In this document: positions 25,818 through 39,100 of the stretch, piece after piece
Layout: every line of letters starts with the position of its first letter
Numbering within the stretch: the stretch's first letter is position 1
NCBI GenBank assembly: GCA_951406725.2
Contig: OX597814.1
Coordinates: 45,508,001 to 45,572,000, forward strand
DNA from: Octopus vulgaris
Lineage: Eukaryota
DNA: 64,000 nt
Direction of reading: 5' to 3'
Program-made: the position numbers and the translations under genes
The notes under the pieces: generated by a model
Told to the model about the DNA's origin: nothing
Database searches by the model: none
Seen by the model: only the letters and a program-made list of their open reading frames with translations

Positions 25818-25865
25818 ATGGCGCGACATGTCGCTTTGAAGTATGTTGTGAGTTTTACTTCTCAG
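25818..25865 (+). CDS. XNDC1: XNDC1-like exon 1: [16 protein letters not shown]
   Basis: ATG in aatATGG context, |gtatga donor. Confidence 0.85.
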
Positions 25866-27096
25866 GTATGAGCATATAAAGTTATTTTATATGTACTGTA
25901 TTCTGTTGTGAATTTTAATGAGATATATATTAATTTCTGTTTATAAAAGTTTATTAATTAATATCTGAATAAGTGTATATTTTGATAGAAGTGTTTCCGT
26001 CAAACTGTTTAACATGTTTGATAATTTGGTATTAAAGTTATTTTATGGCATTCTTTCGATATTGGTATCTTAAATGTCGAAAGAATGTTTATTTTGTTGT
26101 TTAAATGAATTATTCACACTTTAATAATTTAAATTCGTTAGTGTGTGTGAAGAGACAGAGTAATGCGTGAAAGAAAGAGATAACTGAAATTTTTTACTCG
26201 GTGTATGTATATATGTATGTATATTACTTCAAAAGTTCCCGCAAGCCCATATGTAAAAAAAAAAAAAAATTTACGGAAATCGACGGAAAGGTCCACTAGA
26301 GACGAAAGATCGCCTTAAATTCTTTTAATTGATTGCTTTAAAATATTTGCCACTTTGGAATATATTGAGTAGAAATGTAATTTAAGAACCGTAATAACGA
26401 TAAGGAAAGAATGGTCCGTTAACTAAAATACGTAAACAAGGAAGTACTTACATGTTTTTTTAACTGTCAAACCCTTCAAACACTTTTTTTTTAAAATACT
26501 TATTTCACTGTTCACTTCCTGTGCATATTCTATGTTCTGTTCATGCAGTTTTGGTTACTTTTTCTGACGAGTTGTAGCGCACCAGAGCAATGTATACAAT
26601 AAGTTCATTGATCAGTAAGCCCAAGTATAGGTTGATGAATCAATAGTTCTAAAGCATTACATCTTCGGTAAAATCAAACAAGAGACTTTCTGTCATCTAA
26701 TTGACCATTGAATTTCTAATTATATTTATCACCGTCACCGTGACTGACCAGGCTATCAGATGTTGCTACACATCGCTAGTCACAATGCGCTTCGCATTGT
26801 TTTAGCCTTCAAATGACGCCACACCGCTGGCTAAGCGAGCAGGTCAATTTTTTATTTATTTATTTATAAAATTACAAATACCACATATTTATTAATATCA
26901 CTCTATAATTTATTGAAAATTTCTTAGGATAGGCGCAGGAGTGGCTGTGTGGTAAGTAGCTTGCTAACCAACCACATGGTTCCGGGTTCAGTCCCACTGC
27001 GTGGCATCTTGGGCAAGTGTCTTCTGCTATAGCCCCGGGCCGACCAATGCCTTGCGAGTGGATTTGGTAGACGGAAACTGAAAGAAGCCTGTCGTA

Positions 27097-27143
<47 letters not shown>

Positions 27144-30100
27144 CTGTGTTTGTCCCCCTAGCATTGCTTGACAACCGATGCTGGTGTGTTTACGTCCCCG
27201 TTACTTAGCGGTTCGGCAAAAAAAGAGACCGATAGAATAAGTACTGGGCTTACAAAGAATAAGTCCCGGGGTTGATTTGCTCGACTAAAGGCGGTGCTCC
27301 AGCATGGCTGCAGTCAAATGACTGAAACAAGTAAAAGAGTAATACTATGGACAATTACCATAGGCTTTTAAAGTGATTTGGATTGTTGTTTTCCTATTGA
27401 ATAAGTGATATTGTGATGAAATGAGTGGCTCAAGGCACAGGCATAGTAGACTTGTTGATACCATAAAAGAAAAGTCGAAAAGAAATATAAATTAAAAAGG
27501 ATGCATTCTTTGAGAAAATTAAATTGAAATTGGAAAAAGTAACTAAGAAATCATACATTTGTATTTGAATCATATACAAGAATGTGGTTTTGGCTTTCAT
27601 TTTGTACCATAATTAAAGTACATTCTTTTTAATACATATGGTGAGATTATCACTTAGACCTATGAAAACTTTTTTTTTTTTGGATGGGATGGAGATTAAA
27701 TGAACCAGTTGTCATTCTTTAATGAGACCTCAGGATCTCTTAATAATATGCACATTTTGTTTGATTATATTTAGTCTGCAGTAAAGGAGCAATGGTCATA
27801 TCTTTTGCAATCCTTTAAAGATAAAATACGAAATCATTATACAGAATTCATAAGATCCTTTTGAGAAAACATTAATAAATTACTGAGTTTGTTCTCAGGA
27901 TTACTGGAATGAAAGAAAAAGATAAGCAATATCATTAACTTTGGAAAAGAAATAGCTGTCTTACGAAAATTTGAAATAACCATAAAAAGCTTTCTAGATG
28001 CAAGCTTCCTGAATATAACAAAAGAAATAAACATAGGTGTAGTTCTGGTGAAATCATCTGAATGCTAGGAAAAAATTAGAAGGTAAAATAAGGTATATAA
28101 ATAGTATTGTTTTCTTCAATTTCTGCAGGATGAAACCCATTCCGTGCAAAACCTTCTAAAGGATGGATGTTTCAAAAAATGGCTGTCTAATCCCAAAGAT
28201 AGAACTGGAATAATGGAAGGAGTATTTCAGTTGGATCAAGCATCTGTGATATCGTATTTAGATATTGGTGAGACTATTTTTGGTTCTGACAATCATTTTT
28301 TTTTTACCTATTTTAACTGAATAGTTCTATCTATTTCAATCAATGGGAACAACTTGAGTACAGAATATAATTTAGAAAAATCTGCTCTCTTCACTTCATC
28401 CCTTTATCTTCATTCAAATAGTGGAAACTTGGCTCTTAAAGCTGGTTTACCTTTATGACAACAGATCAACTCTGAAAATAGATTGTATGTACTGTGTAAA
28501 AATTAAAAGGTCTCTAAAAAAAATTAATTTTTTTCACACCAATTGCTGGAAGAATTAATTATAATAACATTCATCTTCACCACTGAATGTCCATGTTGGC
28601 ATAAGTTCAACAATAAAACTAGGACAGTGCTAACTGTATTTGCATCTCTACTAATCATTTGTAACAGAATGTGCATCTTGATAAAAATATTTCCCTTATA
28701 GCCTTAATTCTGTATTAACACATTTTTTTCATTCCCTTTATTTTCTCACATGCATTGTCATTCATTTATTTTCATTATATCTTTCTATCAAAATTTTGTT
28801 CCACATTATGTTTTTATCCTTGCATAACATACTCAAGTTATGCTCCTAACACAACTGTACAGAATCATATGTTCTATTAAATTTCCTATATTAGTGTAAA
28901 TTTAAAATGACACTTAACATGATTTTTATTTTTTGTTACATCGACTGGCCTCCGTGCTGTGGGCACGTAACAAACACCATCCAATCGTGGCTGTTCGCCA
29001 GCCTCGTCTGGCACCTGTGTCGGTGGCACATAAAAAACACCATCCGAGCGTGGCCGTCTGCAAGCCTCGTCTGGCACCTGTGTCGGTAGCACATAAAAAA
29101 CACCATCCGAGCGTGGCCGTCTGCCAGCCTCGTCTGGCACCTGTGTCGGTGGCACATAAAAAACACCATCCGAGCGTGGCCGTCTGCCAGCCTCGTCTGG
29201 CACCTGTGTCGGTGGCACATAAAATCACCCACTACACTCTCGGAGTGATTGGCGTTAGGAAGGGCATCCAGCTGTAGAAACACTGCCAGATCTGACTGGC
29301 CTGGTGCAGCATTCGGGCTTGCCAGACCCCAGTTGAACCGTCCAACCCATGCTAGCATGGAAAGCGGACGTTAAATGATGATGATGATGATTGAAGAAAC
29401 ATGAGAGTAATGTCCATAGATATATTAGGCCTCTCTGAAAACAACTGGTAATGGATGCTATCTGTCTGTTGATTTCCTGTACTTCTCAGAATTGTGGGGT
29501 ATGGATAACCTGGTCTTCTGCCTCAATGCATCTTTGTTGGATGTAAAAAAGGGCTATTTTGATGAAAAGCTAACACAAGCCAAAAATTAACAACCAGCTC
29601 AAACTGAATAAATGCAAAGAGATAACGAATATAATGACTGACAATATGCACTTCCATCTTGCATACTTATCTCTGTATCTTTAATAGATGGTAATTCCAT
29701 TACACAAGAATCCAAAATGTTTGCTCTCATTCTTAAAATTTTGAAAATAAGTGTTTAATTTCAAATATCAATGCTAATTAAATATTTCCTAAGTTATATT
29801 TCAATATCTTATTGTTCTTTTATACCTAATGTTATTACAATTGCTATTATCTGTTTTCTACCCACTTACACAGATATAAGTGTTAGTATTCTGTTGTGTC
29901 TGGGGAGAGTCATTCTCTTTGGTGCCTTATAATTTAACACACTCACTGGTAAAATTTCCACTTTTTTCTTTTTTTCTTTTTCTAAAATTTTTGTTGCGTT
30001 TTGCAACCTTTTCAAAACTATTGAAAAGGTTGCAAGATGCAACAAAAATTTTAGAAAAATAAAATAGAAATAAGTGGAAATTTTACCGTTGAATGTGTTA

Positions 30101-33100
30101 AATTATAAGGCACCAACAGAATATGCTTCAACACACGAACTCACATAAAGAATCTTGCAAATCAAATCCAAAAACGAGAGTTACTATTGTTTTCCTTCAT
30201 TGAATTATATGCAAAGCTCCTTTCACTGCTTTTCTCTCTAATCCTTAGGTTCACATATGTGCTCCAATATAGAAATCCGTGTTGGAAAATCTGATTGGCC
30301 TCAGAGTCGGCAGTTTGAGCCATTAATAAGAAACATCAATTTAATGACACTCTCTGATGTTCAACTTGGTCGTAATGTAGATCACACATCTATGTTCAGT
30401 ACTAGTAAGTAAAAATTTGACTTTTAATTGCTGTGAAGAGTAAGGGATCTAACATTTCATGCCTTGTCTTTTCTTTGAGCAAAGAAGAGAGAAAATGGTG
30501 TTGTCACTTTGGTTGTAGACAAATTGTTGCTGTCATGTTTCCTTATATTCTAGATTTTACCCAGCTGATATTCAGGATTTGGTGCTTCATTGTTGTCTTC
30601 TGTGCTTCAGTGCTCTGATTTCAAATTTTGTTGAATTGAATATAAATATTTTCAGAGTCATAAGAAGTAGCATTGTTGCAAAATTGACTTAGTCAAAAGA
30701 AATTGTCATTCTAATTGAGCTATAACTGTGAAGTTACAATTTTCACATTACTGATAACCTATTCATATTTTGTGCTACATAACTTTGTATTTGCTTCACA
30801 TTGAAACTATTTGTGTGTTCTAACAATTCAAATGTAAAAATTTGCCAAAATTACTCAGAATAGCACAGTAAAATGCATTAAAGCTTTGGTGAAAAAAAAA
30901 ATAGTTGCAACATTTGAATAATTTTAGGCAAAATACTAAATTCTAATTGCATGCTTGTATTCTTTGCATTACTACCAGTTTTTTTGTGTGTGGAATAGGA
31001 TTAAGTATATTTTTTTATTTTTACTGTTTTACATTCATTTAACCATATAAAGTGTAAGTGGAATGTGTTTTTATTGTTGGATCAGGTGTTTTTTGTTGCT
31101 AGGTTTTTTTCTAGAAATCTTTCTACTACTAACAGTACAGTATTCTAGCCAAGTGCATGAGCCCAGTTTTATATTTTTGCTAGTGCTGCCTGACTGGTCC
31201 CATGCTGGTGGCACATATCCAGCCGTAGAAACCTAGCCAGATAAGATAGGAGCTGGGTGCAGCCTCCTGGCTTACCAGTTCTCAGTCAAGCCGTCCAACC
31301 CATGCCAGCATGGAAAGCGGACGTTAAACTATGATGATGGTGATTGTATCCTAGTGGGTCAAAGTCTTTTTTTTTTAATGTAGTAGAGTATGCTTTGAGA
31401 GAGAATTGGCTGCTGTTTTTAACCGGGCAAGCACATAAAAGCCCTGTTATATTTTTACCAAAGGGTATATATTTTAGGAAGGCGAAATGCAATATTGTAA
31501 TGTTTATATCTTTCTCAAGAGTATAATTAAAAATGTTACTTTGTGTCAATCAAGACCAGGAAATATTTGACTCATCTTAGTAAACAGAAACTATTCTAGA
31601 TATTAGGAATGTGGTATGTAAGCTATTTAAGACTAATACATGTTTCTAATAACATTGTAATAAGAATATTGTAAATATTGCATTAATGAGCTTTTTACTA
31701 TATTACATGTAGCCTAGTTTTGAGCTTAACGGTATAAACTGGGTTATTTGATCTTCATGAGATATCATCAAAAAGAAATATTAAAATAAAATTATCAATG
31801 AAGTTTAGGTTCATAAATTGTGGATACATCCAATTGTTGGAGATATTTGAACAAGCATTCTTAAATGAAGAAATAGAATAGTTATAGATAGTTTCAATCA
31901 ATACATCCCAATTATTTCTTCCTTGTTCACTTTGCTGGAAATAATACAAGCTTATATGGTGATAGGTGTGGAAACCAGAATGTGTGATGTATGTACATAG
32001 TCCCTCATCTATTATCTTCCCTGTTAAGCCTCCATCTGCTGCCTCTTCAACACTCATCTCTCTAACATTCTATTTCTTTACTACCCACAAGGGGCTAAAC
32101 ACAGAAGGGACAAATAAGGACAGACAAACGGATTAAGTCAATTATATCGACCCCAGTGCGTAACTGGTACTTAATTTATTGACCTTGAAAGGATGAAAGG
32201 CAAAGTCGACCTCGGCGGAATTTGAACTCAGAATGTAGCGGTAGATGAAATACTGCTAAGCATTTCGCCCGGCGTGCTAACGTTTCTGCCAGCTCGCTGC
32301 CTCATCTTTCTAACATTCACCCTCTCTCCTATTCACTCTACCAGGCTGCCTGTGCAAAGTGGGATGGTATTGGATCTTTCCATACTACTACCATCTTTAT
32401 CACTTCCTATTTCTCTCACTCATCATGATTCCTGTGTAATGAAAGCTTGCATCACCTCTGTATGTGATACACCTCACCATTATCTTTCTCTACTGACAGT
32501 CATCACACCTCCCCACAAGTCACTCATAATTGACATTCATCACTGTTTTTCTTACTATTAAGCATGTAGCTGACATCACTGTTTCTCTCCTATATTTCTT
32601 GTTATTATGTCTTTTCCATTACTCCCTCCTCACCACCCCACCCTAGTCACTCTGTTTTCTTCATGTCCCCTCTTCTTTTACTCTGTATAGTTCATCTTCT
32701 GTTATCTCCTCTTCCATTCACTCTCTTCATTCTCGAACAAATGAAGATAAGAGGTCTCAGGACTCTTTGACCTTGCAGGATACCCAGTAACCCTGCAAGT
32801 GCTGATTCCAGAATAAAACACTCTCAGTACACTCTGTAAAGTAGTTGATGCTAGTAAGGACACCCACTGAGAAACCATGCCAAAAGAATTAGAATATAGG
32901 AGAGCATCTAGGAGGGCAGTAGCTTTGGATAAGAACTGATTCAGACTGTGACCCATGCAAAAGCAGACCTAAAATGATTATGATGTTGGTAAATAATTCA
33001 GTTACTTGATAACTTTTAATTTAAAAAGCTATTATAACCTATTTTCCATGCTATGTAAGTTTTTAATATCCAGCTTATTATATTATACAATATTACCTAT

Positions 33101-33392
33101 TGTATTTTTTTTATTTTGTAGAGGATTTTTGTCCTGCAGCTTCTAATGGTGTTTGGGATCGTATTCATGTGATTTGTCGACAGATTTATCGTAAAAATGT
33201 CCAGTTTGGTCTCTCTTTCATCAGAATAAAAAGTAAACATGTAGATTCTTCATCACAGTCACCTAAACAAGTAAGAATATTTTTTTAGAGTTCACCATTC
33301 TTGGTTAATTAAAATTAATATAACAGCTTTATTAAAACTGAAAGTTACAGTTGTTCAAATCTCAGTAAATTACATAACAAAACTTTTATACT

Positions 33393-33431
<39 letters not shown>

Positions 33432-33870
33432 CCCATGCCAGTATGGAAAACATTAAATGATGATATATATATATATATATCATCATCATCATCATTTAGC
33501 GTCTGCTTTCCATGCTAGCATGGGTTGGACGGTTCAACTGGGGTCTGTGAAGCCAGAAGGCTGCATCAGGCCCAGTCTGATCTGGCAGTGTTTCTACGGC
33601 TGGATGCCCTTCCTAACGCCAACCACTCCGTGAGTGTAGTGTGTGCTTTTTACGTGCCACCCGCACAGGTGACAGGCGGAGCTGGCAAACGGCCACCGAC
33701 GGATGGTGCTTTTTACATGCCACCGGCACGAGGCCAGTCGGGGCGGCGCTGGCAATGGCCAGGAACGGATGGTGGTGCCAGACGAGTCTGGCAAACGGCC
33801 ACGAATGGATGGTGCTTTATATGTATAGAAAGTGGAGAATTCTAATTCAGATACATATATATATATATAC

Positions 33871-33908
<38 letters not shown>

Positions 33909-34091
33909 GTAGGTCCCGGGTTGATTCGGGGTTAACCACAGTAAGTAAGGTACTCAATACATAGCAGAGTAAAATTAATTTATTATATGTGAGTATGTAG
34001 TGATATAAGTATATGCATGTGTATGTATGGGTATGTGTATCAGTGTATATGTATATATGTATATGTATGTATATGTGTATATATGTATGTG

Positions 34092-34132
<41 letters not shown>

Positions 34133-34187
34133 GTGTGTATGTATGTGTATGTGTATGTATGTGTATATATATCTATATATGTATGTA

Positions 34188-34227
<40 letters not shown>

Positions 34228-34719
34228 TGCGTGTGTGTATGTATGCATATGTGTATGTATGCATGTATATGTGTATGTATATATATGTGTGTAAGTGTGT
34301 GCATATATGTATTTGTAAGTATGTGTGCGCGTATGAGTATGTATGTATGCTTGCACACGTGTATATATATGTGTGTGTGTGTATATATATGGATGCGCGT
34401 GCGTGTGTGCACGTGTATGGGTACGCATGTATATGTGTATGTGCGTGTATGCGTATACGTGTATGTATGTATGTGTGTGCGTAGATTTGTATATGTATGT
34501 GTGAGTGTGTATATATATATATATATATATATACATATATATAGATGGGTGTGTGTATGCGTATAAATGCATGTAAGTATGGATGTATGGATGTATGTAT
34601 GTATGTATACGTATGTATGTGTGTATGTGTGTATGTATATATATATGTGTGTATATATGTTTGTGTATGTATATATATGTGTATGTATGTGTGTGTATAT
34701 GTATGTGTGTATGTGTATG

Positions 34720-34772
<53 letters not shown>

Positions 34773-35635
34773 CTGTATGTAGGAGTATATATGTGTGTGT
34801 GTGTATGTATATGCGGGTATATATATATATATGTATATTTATTGGTGTATATGTATAGACTAGCCTCCTAAAGTGTAGACACGAATCTGTAGGTACGAGT
34901 ACGTACGTGTATATACGTGAACGTATGTAGATGGTTGTATGTATGAATATAACGCGTGCGTACGTGTATGTGTATGAGTGTACGAATGGGTGAATGTACG
35001 TGCTAATGAGTGTGCGTGCGGGAATGAGTACTTGCCTTCTAGTAGACAGACAAATGGACATGCAGCCATTGCCAGGATTCTTAGCCCTAGCGATCAAAGA
35101 TAACAAAAGTAATAAATGAAGATAATAAAATTAAAATTAGGGAATGGGCCTGTATTGGATTGTATATATATATATATATGTATATGTATATTTGTATGTA
35201 TGTATGTATGTGTAGGTATGTATAGGTACACATGTGTATGTGTATGTATATATGTGTGTATGTATGTATGTGCACACATGTATATATATGTATGCGTGTA
35301 TATGTTTATATATATATATGTGTACATAGGTGTATGTGGGTGTATGTATATATAGGTGTAAATATGTGTATATAGGGAACTAGGTGTGTTGTGTGTGCAT
35401 GAGTGTATGTGCGTATGAATATATATTTTTATGTGTATATATGTATGTGTGGTCGTGGGTATATATATATATATATATACATGTGTGTATGCGTGCATGC
35501 ATGGGAGTGAGTGTATGCATATATACGTGTGTGTATGTGTAGACAGGTATAGGCATGTGCATGTGTATAAATTTGTATATGTGGGCGGGTGTATGTATGT
35601 GTGTATGTAGATATGTATGTATGTGTGTACATATG

Positions 35636-35688
<53 letters not shown>

Positions 35689-36122
35689 ATATATATGTGT
35701 ATGTATGTATGTGTGTGTAGATACGTATACATGTGTGTATAGGTATAAGTGAGAATCTCCTTATTTACCTATAACTCTATCCCCCTTTTTTTATATATAT
35801 ATTTTTTTATATATATATTTTATATATATATTTTTTTATATATATTTTTTATATTTTTTTTTTTATTTTTTTTTATTTTTTTATTTTTTTATTTTTTTTT
35901 TTTTATTTATCTATTCTTTCATCTAACTTACCACTGACTCCTTGACCACTCCCCCAAGTATGATATTTTGCGCTATGCCTACCCCCAAAAAGTCCCCCAC
36001 CACCACTCCTTTAAACCTGCCTAAATGTATAAATGCTAATACAATTCTTGTTAAATAGCTTCCTGAAGATTTCTCTTGAATGAAACAGTACTAGTCCTGT
36101 AGAAGCTCCTTCTATATAATAA

Positions 36123-36154
<32 letters not shown>

Positions 36155-39100
36155 TTAGAGACAAAACCACTATTATACAAATCAAAGAAAGAAAGACTTA
36201 ATCCAATACATAAAAAATTTTATATAAATTAAATATATACACACACACACACACACGTCATCATCTAAGTGATATTTTGTAGCTGAAAAGCTATAGGTTG
36301 TTATTGATCTTTTTATTTTAATTCATTTTTCAGACTGCTGAAAAGGATATATCAAAGAAAATATCAAATGAAATGATTCAGCAGCATTTTTTCAAAAGCA
36401 AGCAGCCTTCTGTGTAAGTTATTTTAGAAATTTTTTTACAAACTTTTCTGTATTAGAATGGGTTGGGTAGGTGTACAAATTTAAACATTTATTTGAATTG
36501 TTGGAATAGCATTTTTGAGAAAATTTAATAGTGAACATCACTACACTCTCAGAGTGGTTGGCATTAGGAAGGGCATCCAGCTTTAGAAACATTGCCAGAT
36601 CAGATTGGAGTCTGGTGCAGCCTTTTGGCTAGCCAGCCCTCAGTCAAACCGTCCAACCTATGCCAGCATGGAAACAAAGATGATGAGGTACTAGAGAAGT
36701 TGTCTACTAGGGATAACCTCTCTGGTGCAGGCAGAAATTAAGGATTTGTCTGTTTTAAATTCATTTTCTCATGCTAGCATGGCTATAGTGAACTTCACAG
36801 ATTAGAATATTTGCTTATTGTTTGTGGAGGAAAAATTTTTATAGCTGAATGCTCTCTTATACCCACTTAATCCTGAAATAAGAGAGAAATTTATTGTCAT
36901 TCGGGCATGATGGATAATGTATCTTGTCTAACGTCATGAAATAATATAAGCAACATAGTTTGAGCAGTCTATTAGCCGCAATATAAATATGCTATCTAAT
37001 TAGAAGCCTAATTGAAATTTTCTTCTATTTGAAACATAAAGTTATCTGTTCTTTCTTTGCAGATCTGAAAATGAAAAACTTAAATCCCAATTATTGAAAT
37101 TATCCTCTGGAGAGGGTGGGCCTGAGTCGGTACAAGGATTATCTCGAACTGCTCAAATGTTGCTTGCTGCTAAAGAAAATGTTGGGAAATATTCTCCTGA
37201 AACTCGATACAAATCTGATGGAAAAACTAAAAACAATGTGTTATTTTCAGAAACAGCTGCTCAAAGACAGAATTTAACGGTATGTGTTGAGTAAAGCTAA
37301 CTGCTAGCAAAATCAGTAGAGTATCAGATAAAATGACACTAACAGTATCTCAGACTAGTTAGACATTATTTCCAGATGTTGACTGGATACATTTAGATAT
37401 TGTTTCAAATTTTAACACAAAACCAGCAATTTCAGGGATGGAAGAGTTAATTACATTGACCCTAGTATTCAACTGATACTTATTTTATTGACCCTGAAAG
37501 GAAGAGGCACAGTCAACTTTGGTGGAATTTGAACTCAGAACAGACAAACGTAATGTCTCTAAGCATTTTGCCTGACGTGCTACTAATTCTACCAGCTCAC
37601 CACTTTAAGATGTGTTTCAATATTAATAACAGTATCTTGTAAATATAACAGTTACTTCCATTCATTCTAAGTTCAAATTCTGTTAAAGTCGACATGGTTT
37701 CTCATCCTTCTGAAGTTGATAACTGTCAGTCAAGCACTCAAGTTGTAAATTGGCAGAGTTTAAGTGTTGGATAGAAATGTTTTGTGATAATGGTCTAGTT
37801 TCCCTGCCCTCTGAATTTAAGTTCACTTTGCCTTTCATTGTTTCATAGTAAACATAAGTCCAGGACTGGATTGGTGGAATTATTACAGCATCTAACAAGT
37901 TCAGTTCTGCCTAGGAATTTTGAATTGCACCGATAGTCAGGCTTAATCACTAAAATGGGACTGTATTTAATTATGGAAGCTATAAAAGGTAGGAATGCAG
38001 TTACTGCAATCAAATGATGGATGACTTGGGTCAGCTTATCAACTATTTTCTCTCAAAATTTATGATATCATGCCTATGTTAGAAAGTTTTAAACCTGTTA
38101 ATTATGTTGCCTGTGTGTAATAGCAGCAGCACTATCCTGGATGTGGGAGCTGTATTCTATTTTGAGCTTTACTTCAGCCTTGTAGAGTATCAGCAACTGT
38201 AGGATGCTGAAATATTTTCTGGTCCTGAAGAGAAGTGTTAGTCTTTGGGACATGATTCTAGTTTATCTCTTCAAACTTTATTTTTCATTGACTCGAATTC
38301 AGTATTGCAAACCAGAAAGTTCAGTTGCTACTTCTAGTGAAGAGCTTACTTTAGAAAAGCACCTATTTACAGTTCAGCTACTATGTGGCTTTTATGTTGT
38401 AGCTCAACCAGTTCAAAATAACAGCCAAATTTTCCTCAGATCATATCCTGCTATCTTGAAAAAAGATGGGACATTGGAAAGGATAATGAAGTCTGAGTTG
38501 CACCATAACTAAAGAAAAAAGGATGATTACAATTAGAATATCTTTGATCACAGACCTGCTCAATCAGATTCAGTTTGTTATTACCAACAATCTATTTACA
38601 TTTAATTGAACCAACATGAGTTATGTATTAGCCATGGGTCATTAGCACTGCACCAATAAGAAATGAATTGTCATAAGCCAGCACTCTCAATTTAGTCACC
38701 TGTAATTCATAGAAATATAAAATGTTTTCTATGAATGCACTACCTGTGTTTTATCCTTTTTTTAGTGCATTCTAAACATATTTTCTTTTTCGCATCTTGT
38801 ATTTCAGATAGAAGAAGAAATGGATTTATTTATATCAAAGTTAAAAATTAACAGGAAACAATTGCATTCTGTTACCATAGCTGGTAAGTACTTTTTAGGT
38901 TGTTATGAAGGTTTTATTTGTGCTTATAATCATCAGCAATATTTAGTGTCTGCTTTCCATGCTGACATGAGTTAGATGGTTTGACCAAAACTGGTAAGAT
39001 GGAGGGCTGCACCAGGTTCCGATCTGATTTGACATGGTTTCTACAGTTGGATGCCCTTCCTAATGCCAACCACTCCACGGGTGTACTGGGTGCTTTTTAT

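Noticed and set aside
33847-35937. 419-aa and other long ORFs rich in Y/I/H/T or V/C/M/Y
   Set aside because: They are translations of (TA)/(TG)/(TATG) microsatellites, which lack stop codons by composition.
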